Assembly: GCA_964016885.1 (NCBI GenBank)
Contig: OZ024742.1
Coordinates: 253,022,001 to 253,086,000 of the forward strand
Length of the DNA stretch: 64,000 bases
Direction: 5' to 3'
Source of the DNA: Eledone cirrhosa
Taxonomy: Eukaryota
Translations under genes and position numbers: made by a program
Shown: positions 50,108-63,471 of the stretch, piece by piece
Numbering within the stretch: position 1 is the first letter of the stretch
How the letters are laid out: each line of letters starts with the position of its first letter
The notes under the pieces: model-generated
Told to the model about the DNA's origin: nothing
The model's input: the letters and a program-made list of their open reading frames with translations, nothing else
Database searches by the model: none

Positions 50108-53100
50108 GTGTCCTGGGTATGACATTAAACTACATCCAGTGGCAAGGCTCCAGTTCGGGAGTTCAGGAGCTGTGGGAAATGTGGAGTTACCCCTTAGTTG
50201 TCAAAACTCCCAGGTCTGCTCTGGCCCGGAGTAGTAGTACCTGCTAGGGCCCCATTTATGGGTTAAATGACTACCTTATTCAAATGGTGTTGGTAAGGTA
50301 TTGTCATCCATTGAAAAGAAATATGGAGAGTCTATCTAACAGCACTAGGGTTAGAGCCCCTAATTACACTGTCAAAGAGCAGTCTGGTCGTTATGACTCT
50401 GCTGGCTTAGAGCCACAGGGAGGGCCAGTCGATGATGGATCAGCTGTCTCTGAGACAAATATAAAGAATGCAGTTTTGTCCTGCAGAAGAGCCATCAAAA
50501 TGGGCACTTTGAATGTGAGGACTATTCGGACGCTGGAGAAGAGAGAGGAGTTGGGACATCTGTTCGAGGAGATTGGTATACAGATACTTGCGATCCAAGA
50601 ACACAGGATCCTACACGATGAGCCCATGAGGAGTGTGATGATTGGGAAGATGAGCCAGCTCATTACCACATAGGCAGTGAAGAACACAACAAATGCTGCA
50701 GTAGGAGGAGTGGGTTTTGTGTTCAGTGCAAAAACCAGTCTATTGGTGAGGGATTATAATACCTGTCTCCTCGTGAGTGTTGAGGAGGCCCTTCAATGGA
50801 AACCCAAGACTGACAGCCATCTCAGCCTATAGTCCAACCAAGGGAGACAGTGATGTGAGTGCAGAAGAGTTCCATGAGGAGGTGTGTAGAGCTGTCAACA
50901 CCACACAAGCACACAACATCCTGCTTGTTTTGGGGGACTTCATTGCACATCTGAGTAAGGAGATCAGTGAAGATCCTTGCTGGTACTTCCATAACAACAC
51001 CAACCGAAATGGAAGACTACTGAGAGACACTCTGCTGAAGGTGAACTTGATAGCGGCCAACCTAAGGTTTAGGAAGAATCCGGGGAAGATGTGGACCTAC
51101 ATCTCAGATATGCACCTGTCCAAGTCCCAGATTGACTTCATTCTGGTGAGGAAACAGTGGCGGAATAGTGTTCTGAACACAGAACCATACAACTATTTCA
51201 GTACACTGGGTAGTGACCACCGGCTTGTTATGAGTGAGGTCCAGGTGAGCTTAAAAAAGAGCAAGGCTCAGCCCCAGAGAGCAATCTATGACTGGGGAGC
51301 TTTCAAGGAAGATGATAAGCTACAGGAGAGGTTCACAGTAGAAGTGAGGAACAAGTTCAGTGCTCTGTGTGGAGAGACAGAGGAGAGAGAGATTAGATGG
51401 ACTGAGGAGAGTGTGACGAGGAGGTACGGCACTTCACCAATGCAGTGGCGGAAGCAAGTGAGATCCTGGTGCTGAGGAGAAAGAACAAAAGGAATCATGT
51501 CAGCTCTGCAGACCCAAATGTGTGTGCAGCCAGAGAACACCTGAAAGCTGCCAAGGTTCAATTCTATGCTGATCCTATGGAGGAGAGGATGGAGACTGTG
51601 GAGGTGATGAGGGAAGAACTCTTACACTGAGGCCAGAGAGGAGGCACTGATAGAGAAGATCAGAAGTGTGGAGAGAGCGGTTGATAGGTCTGGATGTAAG
51701 GAGAGCTGGATGATCATCAACGAGATTACAGGGAGGAAGAGAAGGTGTTTGAGTCAGATCCAGAGAACAGGGACCGAGGATAGGAAGAAGAAATGGCTAG
51801 ACCATTTTAGGACCCTACTAGGAGAGCCGCCCTCCACAGCCCAGAGCACTGGGGAGATAAGGCGGTTGTTTGAAGAACTGGATATTGAGACAGAGCCCTT
51901 CACCAGAGAGGAGCTTCAGAGAGCCAAGAAGAAGACCAAGGAGGGCAAGGCCCATGGAGAAGATGGAGTGGCATCAGAGGTGATGAAGAGGTGTGATTTT
52001 GATGATATCGTCCTGGGGTTCTGTAACCAGGCACTGGAGAAAGGAGTTTCCCCAAATCAGTGGAGGATCAGTAACATCGTCCTAGTGCCAAAGAAGGGAT
52101 CTAACACCAACAACTACAGGGGGATCTCACTGACGTCACTTGTGGCAAAGACCCTCAACAGGAGGATTCTTAACAGGATCCAGCCTGAGATGGAGAAGAA
52201 GCTCAGGGACAACTAGAACGGCTTCAGAGAGGGAAGATCAACCACCAGTCACATCCTGATGCTGAGGAGGATATTAGAGGGAGCTAGAGCAAAGTGCCTT
52301 CCTGCGGTCATGGTTTTCATTGACTTTAGGAAGGCCTTTGATTCTGTGGACTGTCATTGCCTGATGAAGATCTTACAGGCTTATGGAATCCCCAAGACGA
52401 TAGTGGACCTGATATCACTGCTCTACACCAACACCAAAGCCCAAGTCATTACACCTGATGGGATGACAGAGTTCTGGCTTTACTGTAGCACCGACCCAGA
52501 GCAGGAGAGTTAAGGCAAAAAAGATATTGGATGCTGAATTTGACGACGACATAGCTTTGGTGACAAATACAATGAAGGAGGCAGAGGATTTGATGCAGGA
52601 GGTTGAGACTGTGTCAATGAGTGTGGGGCTGAGAATGAATGAGACTAAAACAAAATATCTGGTAGAGAATGTTGAGAAGCCAGAGGGGATCACTAATGTA
52701 GGCGGGAAGCCACTAGAATTGGTTGAGGACTTCCTGTATTTGGGAGCAAAGATTGGGAATATGGAAGATGATGTGGTTGAGAGGAAGAGCAAAGCCTGGG
52801 CGGCATGCCACAGCTTGAGATGGTGTAAAAGTCAGACCTTCGTAAAGGCCTGAAAATCTGCCTCTTCATTGCTGTAGTGGAGTCTATGCTGCTGGACGGG
52901 TCTGAGACTTGGACACTGACCAAGAAACTGACTCAGATGGTGGATGGGTGCTACATGAGAATGCTGAGGATGGCTCTGAACATTAATCAGTATACCCTGA
53001 GGATGAAAAACTCAGAGCTGTATGGGAGCCTCCCAAAAGTCAGCTCAAAAGTGACACAGAGGAGACTGAGGTTAGCTGGACATGCTCACCGACATCCAGA

Positions 53101-53296
53101 GTTGACATTGCACTCAGTGCTCCTGTGGGAGCCTCTACATGGACACACTGGAAGAGGAAGACCAAGGTTAACGTATGTTGATGCCCTAAGGGCAGACACT
53201 GGTCTGTTGGAGATGCAGGACATGGCAACGATAATGAGGGACAGAGACCGCTGGAGAGAACTCGTCCATGGATCTCGGGAATTTTACCCGCCCTAG
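50107..53296 (+). mobile_element. Near full-length RTE-type LINE (third lineage), multiple stops and frameshifts
   Basis: MGTLNVRT, ILAIQEHR, ISAYSPT, LGDF, QIDFIL, SDHR; NYRGISL, FIDFRKAFDS, EFDDD, DFLYLG, GSETW, RLRLAGH, GRGRP. Confidence 0.92.
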
Positions 53297-53435
53297 AAAT
53301 ATATACACACCTTTTAAAACAAGATTATCTTACACAAAACGCTAGCATCAACTGTTTTCCTAGAGGTGGTGATGTGGATAGACCTGTTTATTATCTACAA
53401 AATTCTTTTCATTTTTTCTTTAACTTCTTATTCTA

Positions 53436-53472
53436 TTTTCTGACGAAGGACTAACGTCCGAAACGTTAAGAT
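53436..53472 (+). ncRNA. Minimal hammerhead-like motif
   Basis: tttt-CTGACGA-a-ggac(taac)gtcc-GAAA-cg-TT-aaga. Confidence 0.6.
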
Positions 53473-53783
53473 TCTTTTTGTAATATATCAAGTGTAAAAC
53501 TATTAATATATTTCTTCATTTTACTGTGTCGTTTGTTTTGTTATTTCTGTATGCCTTTTTTCAATAATATCACTTTGACGAATCAAAGAAAGGAAAAGAA
53601 AAAAAAAGAAAAACAAACCCTAAAATATATTTTCCGTGCTATTTCCAACTTCACCTTTTCTCTCTCTCTATGTATATATATATATATATATCTATATATC
53701 TATATATATGTATGTATGTATATATCTCTATATGTATCTAAATATATATACACATATGTATGTATATATATATATATATACAC

Positions 53784-53814
<31 letters not shown>

Positions 53815-53914
53815 CCCCTTCACCCTCCTGCTACTCCACGAGGGGCTGCGGTCAGCCACAATATCTCTCCCCCTTCCCCCCCTCTCTTTCTTCCCCTCTA
53901 TCTCTCTCTTAGCT

Positions 53915-53949
<35 letters not shown>

Positions 53950-55030
53950 AGATAAGTTCTCCTTCATGTTTATTCACTTTCGCCAATCCACCGCTGCTTC
54001 AATTATTTCTACTATGGTGTACTCATGTAAATCGTAAAGTACAAATTTTTCTCTATCCATTCCACGCTCAATTTCGTACATAGTCCAAACATCCAATCTC
54101 GCAAAATCCGAAATCTGTATTTTTTGTTATCTATTTAAGGTTTAAATACGGTGTTTTTGTCGTATTGAACAGAACAAATCTTGCAGTTTTGCTTTTTGTT
54201 AAATCGCTTGTTAAACATTCATAACCTTCCAGCTCATCAATTCATTAATTCTATCGTATTCTCCAATTCCTTAATTCTATCGTATCCCCCCCCCCCCCAA
54301 AAAAAATCCTTCCCATTCTTAATTCTATCGTATCGTCCAATTCCTTAATTCTATCGTATTCTCAAACAAAAAAACAAAATCCTTCCCATTCTACTTATAA
54401 ATTACTTTAAATATATATAGTATGCTACTTGAAAGTCAAAAATCCGCTCCACCCCTTCACCCTCCTGCTACTCCACGAGGGGCTGCGGTCAGCCACAATA
54501 TCTCTCCCCCTTCCCCCCTCTCTTTCTTCCCCTCTATCTCTCTCTTAGCTACACACACACACATATATATATATAAGATAAGTTCTCCTTCATGTTTATT
54601 CACTTTCGCCAATCCACCGCTGCTTCAATTATTTCTACTATGGTGTACTCATGTAAATCGTAAAGTACAAATTTTTCTCTATCCATTCCACGCTCAATTT
54701 CGTACATAGTCCAAACATCCAATCTCGCAAAATCCGAAATCTGTATTTTTTGTTATCTATTTAAGGTTTAAATACGGTGTTTTTGTCGTATTGAACAGAA
54801 CAAATCTTGCAGTTTTGCTTTTTGTTAAATCGCTTGTTAAACATTCATAACCTTCCAGCTAGCTACCCCACACCCCTCCCTCCCGCCCCCACACGCCACC
54901 ATACTTAATACGTGGACCAATCATAAGCCAGAGCCCCCCCCACGCATCACCATCATTATTATAAGCCAGAGCCCCCCACCCCCACGCATCACCATTATTA
55001 TTATTACGCGGACCAAATCATAAGCCAGAG
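53815..55030. repeat. Near-identical ~410 bp direct duplication (53815-54232 / 54451-54860) plus short tandem modules
   Basis: cccttcaccctcctgctactccacgagg...ccttccagct occurs twice; ttaattctatcgtat x4; cataagccagag module x3. Confidence 0.9.
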
Positions 55031-55052
55031 GCCTATACTATCGCTTGCCCGG

Positions 55053-58000
55053 TTGCCTTCGATATATGATGGATGGATGGATGGACGGACGGACTGCGGA
55101 ATCCTGGAGAGTGGAAGGGAGAGAAAAATCTGGACGCTCAGAGCGAAAATGCCAAAGTTAAAGTCAAATTCACCTCGTGGACGAGAATGCGAGCACTCCT
55201 CTTTGTTTCGTCCGCGGATGGCTAACATAACCCTTTCTCCTCCCGCCCCCCACCACCCCCACCCTCCAAACGCAACCCAAAACTTCAGAGTTGGTACCAT
55301 AAATGTAGGCACCCTAAAGGGTCGCGCTAACGAGGTTGTAGAAATGCTTGAACGTAAGGAGGTCGATGTTTGTTGTATTCAAGAGACCAGGTGGAGGGGT
55401 GGGTCTGCTAGATTCATTGAGGGTAAAAAACGATGTTATAAGCTTTTCTGGGTGGGAAACGACGATGGGCTGGGTGGAGTAGGAATCATGGTAGCAGAAA
55501 AGTGGGCAGATAAGATAATAGACGTAAATAGAGTGAACGACAGAATAATTAAAATAAGACTTGTCCTCAATAGAACTACGGTGACAGTAATATCTGCGTA
55601 CGCACCCCAATCCGGACTGCCCGGCACTATAAACAGATTCTATGAGACACTGTTGCTAACTACCTCCCAAATATCTGACAGTGACTATATAATTATTGCA
55701 GGCGACCTAAATGGTCACGTTGGACAACATTGTGACGGCTACGACGAAATCCATGGAGGCTATGGGTTTGGTACTAGAAATGAGGAAGGCTCCAGAATCC
55801 TGGAATACTGTGATGCAAATAACCTAACTATCTGTAACACTAACTTCAAAAAACGTGACAATCACCTGATCACCTATTGATCCGGGGAACACACAAGCCA
55901 GGTAGATTATATCCTTACCAGAAGACGTGACAGAGTGTCTGTTGTAAACACTAAATCCCTCCCCATGAAGAATGCACCTCCCAACATAGACTGATAATTA
56001 GCGACCTCATAGTCAGGACGAGACGTACTCGACAGCAGAAGAGGACTATCCTCAGGAGGAAAATATGGAAACTAAAGGACCCCACAGCCAGAAATAAATT
56101 TCAAAGCATATTACTTGATGCTTTCGACAGTAAGGAAGAGCATCTAGAATCGGACAATATAGAGGGACAGTGGAAATTTCTGAAAGCAAACCTGCTGTTG
56201 GCGACAGACGAAGTCTGTGGCTGGAGCAGGCCTGTAGGCAGGAGGAGAGTAACATGGTGGTGGAACAGTAGGGTGGAGGGGTCAATTAAGGCCAAAAAGC
56301 AGGCTTGGAAAGTATGGCGGGATGGGGGAAGTAGAGTAGACTATCAAGTGGCCAGGAGGGAAGCTAGGAGAGAAGTGTACTTAGCAAGAAGGGAAGCTGA
56401 GGAAAGAAAGTTCAAGCATGTTCTACAACGCGATGACCAAAAACGTGAGGTGTTCAGGATTGCCAGGCAATGCGTCAAGGAAAACCGTGATATTGTCGGG
56501 GAGAAGTGTGTACTTAACGATGATGGCATACTTGCCATCACCGACACTGATAAGAAGGTAGCTTGGAAGTGTCACTATGAAAGGCTACTAAATGAGGAGA
56601 ATAAATGGGAGAAAGACAGTCTCCCCCACATCGACCCAATAGAGGGACCAGCAGTGCAAGTTGAAGGTAGTATAATAAGTAAGGCAATCAAAGACATGAA
56701 GACGGGCAAGGCGGTCGGGCCTTCGGAAATAGTTGCCGAAATGCCGAAAGCATCTGGAACGGTGGGACACACTATGGTCACCCGGATAGTAAACCAAGTC
56801 ATACAGAATGGGGTCGTTCCGAAGGACTGGCGCAGAAGCAGCATCATTAACTGCTACAAGGGTAAAGGTGATGCCCTAGATAGGGGAAACTATAGAGGCA
56901 TTAAATTAATTGACCAGGTCATGAAGGTCACAGAAAAAGTAATAGCGCAACTAATCAGAGAGCGAATTGATCTAGACGAAATGCAGTTCGGGTTTGTGTC
57001 AGGTAAAAGTACAATAGACGCTCTTTTCATTGTACGACAACTACAGGAGAAGTACCTAACTAAAAGTAAACCCCTATACTTAGCTTTTGTTGACTTGGAG
57101 AAAGCCTTTGACAGAGTACTTCGCTCGATTATCTGGTGGGCCCTTAGAAAACTAGGTGTTGATGAATGGCTTGTGAGAGCTATACAAGCCATGTATAAAG
57201 AAACAGTCAGCAAGGTTAGAATTAACAACGAATATAGTGAAGAGTTTAGCGTAAAAGTTGGCGTCCATCAGGGCTCTGTTCTCAGCCCCCTACTATTTAT
57301 TATTGCCCTTCAGGCTATAACAGAGGAGTTCAAGACAGGCTGCCCATGGGAACTCCTATACGCAGACGACCTGACACTCATAGCGGAATCAATGGCCGAG
57401 CTAGAGAAGAAATTCCAAACATGGAAGCACGGCCTAGAGTCAAAAGGACTTAAAATTAACCTGGCTAAGACCAAAGTTCTAGTTTGTAGGAAAGAAAACA
57501 AGGCGGCGGTCCCTTCTGGGAAATGGTCGTGCTCGGTATGTAGGAAAGGCGTAGGTAGAAACTCCATCTTATGTCCTAAATGCAAAGTATGGGTGCATAA
57601 AAGATGTAGTGGGATCACAGGTAAGCTAACTAAGAACATAGACTTTACATGTGGCCGGTGTTCTGGTGCAATAAGTAGCAGCAAGTGCCCACAAAATACT
57701 AGCTCTTTCAATTGCGCAGAGGGTTCTATAGAAATAGTGGACAGCTTCCGTTACCTGGGCGATAAAATCAGCAGTGGGGGAGGGTTCTCTGAAAGTACTG
57801 TAGCTAGAGTCAGAACTGGTTGGAAAAAGTTCAGAGAGCTTATACCACTATTAGCTGCTAAAGGGTTCTCCCTAAAAATGAAAGGCAGGTTGTACGATGC
57901 CTGCATACGAACAGCAATGTTGCATGGTAGTGAGACCTGGGCATTGTGTGCAGAGGATATACGCAGACTAGAGAGGAACGAAGCTTGCATGCTCCGCTGG

Positions 58001-58686
58001 ATGTGTAACAGTAATATACATGAACGGCAAAGCATAAACGAACTAAGGAAAAAATTAGAGATAAGAGGGATCAGATGTTGTTTACTCGAGAGAAGGCTGC
58101 GTTGGTATGGACACGTGATGCGCATGAAAGTCGATAGCTGTATTACAAAGTGCAGGGCAATAAAGATAGACGGTAGCCACGGAATAGGCAGACCTAGAAA
58201 AACATGGGATGAGCTGATAAACTCCGACCTCACACACTTACACCTCTCCAAGACAATGTCACTGGACCGTGACCTTTGGCAGTACTCAGTAACAGAGAAG
58301 ACCCGCCTTGCCAGTAGGCATCTCTAACAAAATACACCCCGTCCCGCCACCACCCCCACCCCATCCACACCACCCCGTTCTATGTAAAGTTATGTTGGTG
58401 CCGCGCCATCCAGGCCGAAACAAATGAGATCGTGTAGGTGTCACGACAAAAAAACACACAGTCCATGCTGTAATGTGGCCGTGTAGGCAACACGGTAAAA
58501 ACCTCCCAGACCCACACTGTAAATGTGGTTGGTGTTAGGAAGGGCATCCAACTGTAGAAAACCTGCCAGACAGTCCTATGCGAGCAAGACAATCACTGTT
58601 GCCTCAAGTGGGACTACCCCCGTCCAAACCCATGCAGGCGTGGAACACGGACGTTAAACGTTGATGATGATGATGATGATGATGAT
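55053..58686 (+). mobile_element. Full-length PHD-RTE LINE (copy C); ORF from ATG 55149 broken by TGA at 55878 and a 1-nt deletion near 55962
   Basis: APE (VGTINVGTL, CCIQETRW, ISAYAPQ, AGDLNGHVG) + RT + PHD + 3'UTR + (GAT)n; 5' boundary approximate. Confidence 0.95.
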
Positions 58687-59029
58687 ATATATATATATAT
58701 GGGATAACAAGTTATCGTTTTAGGTAATCCAGTTAGACTCACCTGATCAATGAAACAATTGTTAATACTGTAAATAAAACCCTTTTTGTACAGCCGACCA
58801 TGTTATTCTTCACTCTTTCACTATATATATATAGGTGGATTCCTGATGTATATCAGGAGGAGACCACAGTTAAAAAAAGTAATCAATACGTTAGTAGAGT
58901 ATACGCATATTTATTTTATAGATATGACTTCTACAGGACTGGAACTGTTTCATTTGTAAGAAATTCTCAGGATGAAACAGTTCTAGTCATGCAGAAGTCA
59001 TTTTTATAATAAATAAAATAAATAAATCC

Positions 59030-59340
59030 TCGTCATCATCATCATTGTTTAATATCCACTTTTCAAGCTATCATAGGTTAGACGGGTTGTATTATTTCAG
59101 GCAAGTTGGGGGGTCTGGTGACCATATCCTGCTCATACAGAACTGTTTTTGGCTAGATTTCTACAGCTGGATGCCTTTCCTAATGCCAACCACATTTATA
59201 GTGTGTGCTGGGTGCTATTTTGCCATGACATCTACACAAACCCTTTACAGTGTGTGCTGGGCGCTGTTTTGCCGTGACATCTACATGACCACTTTACAGT
59301 GTGGACTGGGTGCTTTTTGTCATGATATCTACACAACAAT
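59030..59340 (-). mobile_element. RTE 3'UTR-derived non-autonomous copy with ~45 bp subrepeats
   Basis: (cat)n, tttctacagctggatgcc.tcctaatgccaacc, three units of ..tttacagtgtg..ctgg..gccatgacatctac. Confidence 0.75.
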
Positions 59341-59540
59341 ATATATATACATATATATAGACACACACACACACATATATATAAGCTGGTACATGAAGTA
59401 GAAGTATATAAAAGGCAAAGGACATTAAAAAAAAAAAATGAAGTAATGTTTTCTTTACCTATATATTTCAACATAATGTCTCAGCGTTAATACCCTCTTT
59501 TCCACTGCAAAACAAAATCAATCTACATGTTCTTCCTTAC

Positions 59541-59773
59541 CTGGTCCAAGTATTATAGAAGTCACTCTGATCCATATAATTCTGATCTATTGTTTATTTG
59601 TGGCTGATTAAAGCATCTTTCATTCTTACATTCCCCACATTCCTTTCCTGTAAAACAGATCAACTTATAATGTTTCCCTCTTGCGTGGGAAAAAGAACCC
59701 TGAAAATACGAATTGCTGGCATCCCACCAGAATTAAACATCTGGTGGATCCTACCATGGGAAGCGAAACACTC
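59541..59773 (-). other. Candidate spliced exon of an unidentified minus-strand transcript
   Basis: tttctctttcag| acceptor and CAG|gtaagg donor in unique sequence; no frame open end to end; possible start MDQSDFYNTWT. Confidence 0.3.
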
Positions 59774-59829
59774 CTGAAAGAGAAAACAGAGGGAGAACTG
59801 ATCTTTATGACTGCTGAAATTATTTTTTT

Positions 59830-60130
59830 ATGATAATGGTGATAACAACAATGATGATAGTAGAGATTGTGGTGGTGATGGTTGTAGTAGTGGTTGTGCT
59901 GGTGTTGATGGTGGTTGTGGTAGTTGTGGTCGTGGTGGTGTTGGTGATTGTGGTTGTCTTAGTGGTGGTGTTTGTGGTGGTGGTGGTGGTAGTGATTGTA
60001 GTGGTGGTAGTGGTTGTTGCGGTGTTAGTAATTATGGAGGTGGTGGTAGAGATGGTGACCATGGTGGTTGTTGTGGTGTTTGTGGTAGTGGTGATGGTGG
60101 TGGTAGTGGTGGTGGGCGGTTTCCTTGTGG
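59830..60130. repeat. (GTG/GTT/GTA)n degenerate trinucleotide repeat; a similar (GTT)n tract at 60735-60900
   Basis: Direct observation. Confidence 0.9.
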
Positions 60131-62117
60131 TAATCGTGTTGAAGGCAACGTTACACTGGTTACTTTACAAATTCTAGAGTAAATGAAAATGTGGACTTTC
60201 ATGATGATGATAATTATAATGATGGTGATGATGATAATTCTATTATCACATTTGTGGTTTTTATTATTATTATTATTTGTGTTGTATTTGTTACCTTTAT
60301 TCAGTTGCTGTTGTCATTGTCATTATCAGTGCAGAGTTTATTACAGACAGAGAGCTTGCTGTGTTGCTTTTTTTTTCTTTTTTTTTGTGGTTCCACTGAT
60401 AATGACATGCTTCATTATATCAGCACAAACCTGGAAACTACTGCCATCTTACTCTTAACATTACCATCTTTATAACACCAAAAATAACATCATCTTCAAC
60501 AACAACAACAGTGACAGCAGCATACTAATACACACCAACCTGAATATAATAGCGTCTTGATATCCTCAGAAAAGAATGACACTTTTATTGAAATGATGAA
60601 ATACAAACAAATTGAAAACCAAATAAGGAAGAGCTAGATTCTAATATTATATTGATAGAAATGTCTTCATTTATTGTTTAGTTCAGTCATTTTTTTTCCT
60701 TTTGTTTAATTTTCGTTACTATCTTTGGTTCCCTTTTGCTTGTTGCTGTTGCTGTTGTTGGCATATATGACATTGTTGTTGTTGTTGTTGTTATATATGA
60801 CATTGCTGTTGTTGTTGGTGGTGGTGATGATGGTGGTGTTAGCTATGATATTGTTGTTACTGTTTTTAATGTCCTTATTGTGTTGTTATTGTTATTGTTG
60901 CTTTCATTATTTTGCAGTGATGAAAAGTGAAATTCTTCTTAATCAAACATCTATTGTCTTCCTATTTGAATTTCAAACTGGCTTTCATTTCACTCCAAGA
61001 CATTAAATATTATCTTAGTTTAGAAATATTTGCCAAGACAATTGCAGCACCACAGTTTTTCTGCATACCTCAGGATATACAATTTTGCTCATGTAGCGTG
61101 ATTCTGGCAATTGAACAGTTGTCAATGAATAAATTTACAATATAAAAGAATGTTCTCCTCCTTTTCTCTTCATAATTGTTTGTTACTTCAGATTCAGTTT
61201 TATATTTATTGCATTCTTTGGAGGCAGAAAACAGATTTTTGATGTCTACATTTGTTCATATTTTGTATCTATTTGTATTAATTGTTTTCATTATTCTTTC
61301 ATAGATATTTTTGTAGTCCTACAGTGGATATTTTTATAATAGTTTTTTAGTTATATATACGATCCCCATGTCTCTGTATTCTGGATAAATATAATACTTA
61401 TGTCAGGTGATTTGGGAAATGTATTCTAAATGCATTCATTATTTTCTTGCTTTTCAACCCAGTCGTGTTGTCAGTTGAGAATATTAAACTTACTACTGGG
61501 ACAGATCTATCGATGCTTATAACTTTATTTTATTCATTTTGTCCTGTTTTAAGTATTAATCTTGTAATTTGTCTATAATATTCCTTCCTGACACTTTTCC
61601 TTTCATTTGTCTGTATTTTATTCTGTCTGGTTCATGAATTCCTTAGTATTTTCAAGTCTCAGTTCCTTTAATTAGTATAACGTCAGTAACATAATTAAAA
61701 TAGAAAAGGAAGGAAAAAATAAGTGGGAAAAAATTAGAGAGGACATATACACCCTTAAATATACAGCATTTCCCAGCAAAGTCTTGCTGTATCATTGCCC
61801 AGGAGAACAACCAACTGTATCCTCTACATCAGCCATTCCATTTCACAGAACTTCTTCCTCAAGCATGATGCCATTCTTTTAAATAGACAGAGGAAAATGG
61901 CAGTCTGGGGACTAAGAGTACAGGAGGTCTCAATGGTGAGCAGAACAAAAAGGAATCAGCCAGTGAATACATAAGTATTCTTAGTTTTCCTCCATTCAAG
62001 GTTCCGCCTGTACAATTTTCTAATCTTGAACCTTATATAGATCCCTCTAGTTAAATGTGTGTGTTATTTCAACAGTGTTTCTAGTAGTTGACTTCATATC
62101 ATTTATATACAAAAGAA

Positions 62118-62335
62118 GGGCGGTGGATTGGCAGTATCAGTAGAGAGTCAGACACCATGCTTTGCAGCATAGAGTTACGGTCTTTTACGGTCTGAGTTCA
62201 AATCCCACTGAGGTTAACTTGGCCTTTCATCCTTACGGGGTTGATCAAATAAAGCACCAGTAACGTACTGGGGTCGATTTAATCGACTTTTCCCTCCTCC
62301 CAAATTACTGACCTTGTGCTTATACTAGAAATCAT
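62118..62335 (+). mobile_element. tRNA-derived SINE
   Basis: Same family head and core. Confidence 0.88.
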
Positions 62336-63039
62336 TTATATACAAAAGATACTTGATTTGTCTACCCATCATGATTGTATCTGAGTCATGTCTTGTTTAA
62401 CAAATTAGTTAAATGAGTTAGAGTTAGGCAGAAAATGAGTGTCAAAAACAAATGAGAGGATAACCTTGTTCCTTAAATACTATAATGTAATTCCTTAGCT
62501 TGCCAGATAGCTCGCTTATGCACAATTATCTATTCATGTATCTACACACAGAGAGTGTATCAGCTTTATTTTAACACCTGAAAGAGTTACATCAAGCTGT
62601 TATACATCTCAGACAGATATAAAACAGGTTCAGCTCATTAGAATTCCACTATCCTTTAATTTTTCAGGTGCATGGATATGTGACTGAGTGGGAGGAGAAG
62701 TAATAGAATTGGTAGATTGTAGCAGTGGGTGTCTTGTGTATGTCTTGCTTTGAATGTATTACATGTGAGTACTATTTAGGTCTCTTCTCTCACATTTGCA
62801 GATGCTACTGTTGCTCTGCACACAAGCGTATCAATGTGAAACATAAGCTATCAAGTAGATAGGCTGTGACATTGTTAAAATTACAGTCTGGTGATTAGTT
62901 TGACTGTTTCTTTCTTTTATGACATTCCTTCTGGTGTAATATTTTGGATATGCTGTTTTCCAAGCAATCAGTGTTTTTCTTAATGATAGGCTAATTGATG
63001 ATAAATATGTTGTGAACAATAATAATAATAATTGTTTAT

Positions 63040-63231
63040 TATTTAGGCACAAGACCAACAATTTTGAGGCTGTGGAAGTCAATTAAATCAACCCCAGTGT
63101 ATTACTGGTACTTTATTTTATCGACTCCATAAGGATAAAAGACAAAACTAACCTCGACAGGATTTGAACTCAGAACATAAAGGGCTGTAACTATATGCTA
63201 CACGGCATGTTGTCCAACGCTTTACAGATAC

Positions 63232-63236
<5 letters not shown>
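63040..63236 (-). mobile_element. tRNA-derived SINE
   Basis: Same family, reverse complement. Confidence 0.85.
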
Positions 63237-63284
<48 letters not shown>

Positions 63285-63471
63285 GATAAATCTACCAAGA
63301 GTTTACGGTAGTGTCCAATCCGTATGAAGAACTCAATGTATTCCGGATATCATGGAAAGAAGAGATGTAATGAAAATCCACTTTCGGTGAAAGATAAACG
63401 GTATACAGAGTCAAGATAAAATATTAAATAAATAATGAACAAACAATTCCTTATATTAAACAAAAAAAGTT

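Noticed and set aside
55053-58327. Active autonomous LINE
   Set aside because: In-frame TGA at 55878 and a 1-nt deletion near 55962 split APE from RT; the deletion could be a homopolymer error but the stop argues for inactivation
58745-58780. GAAA-C(AATT)G-TT hammerhead 3' half
   Set aside because: No matching CUGANGA/stem I upstream; likely truncated, so not counted as a ribozyme
59820-60177. Poly-Val / poly-Thr (mucin-like) ORFs
   Set aside because: Degenerate GTG/GTT trinucleotide repeat with no splice or homology support
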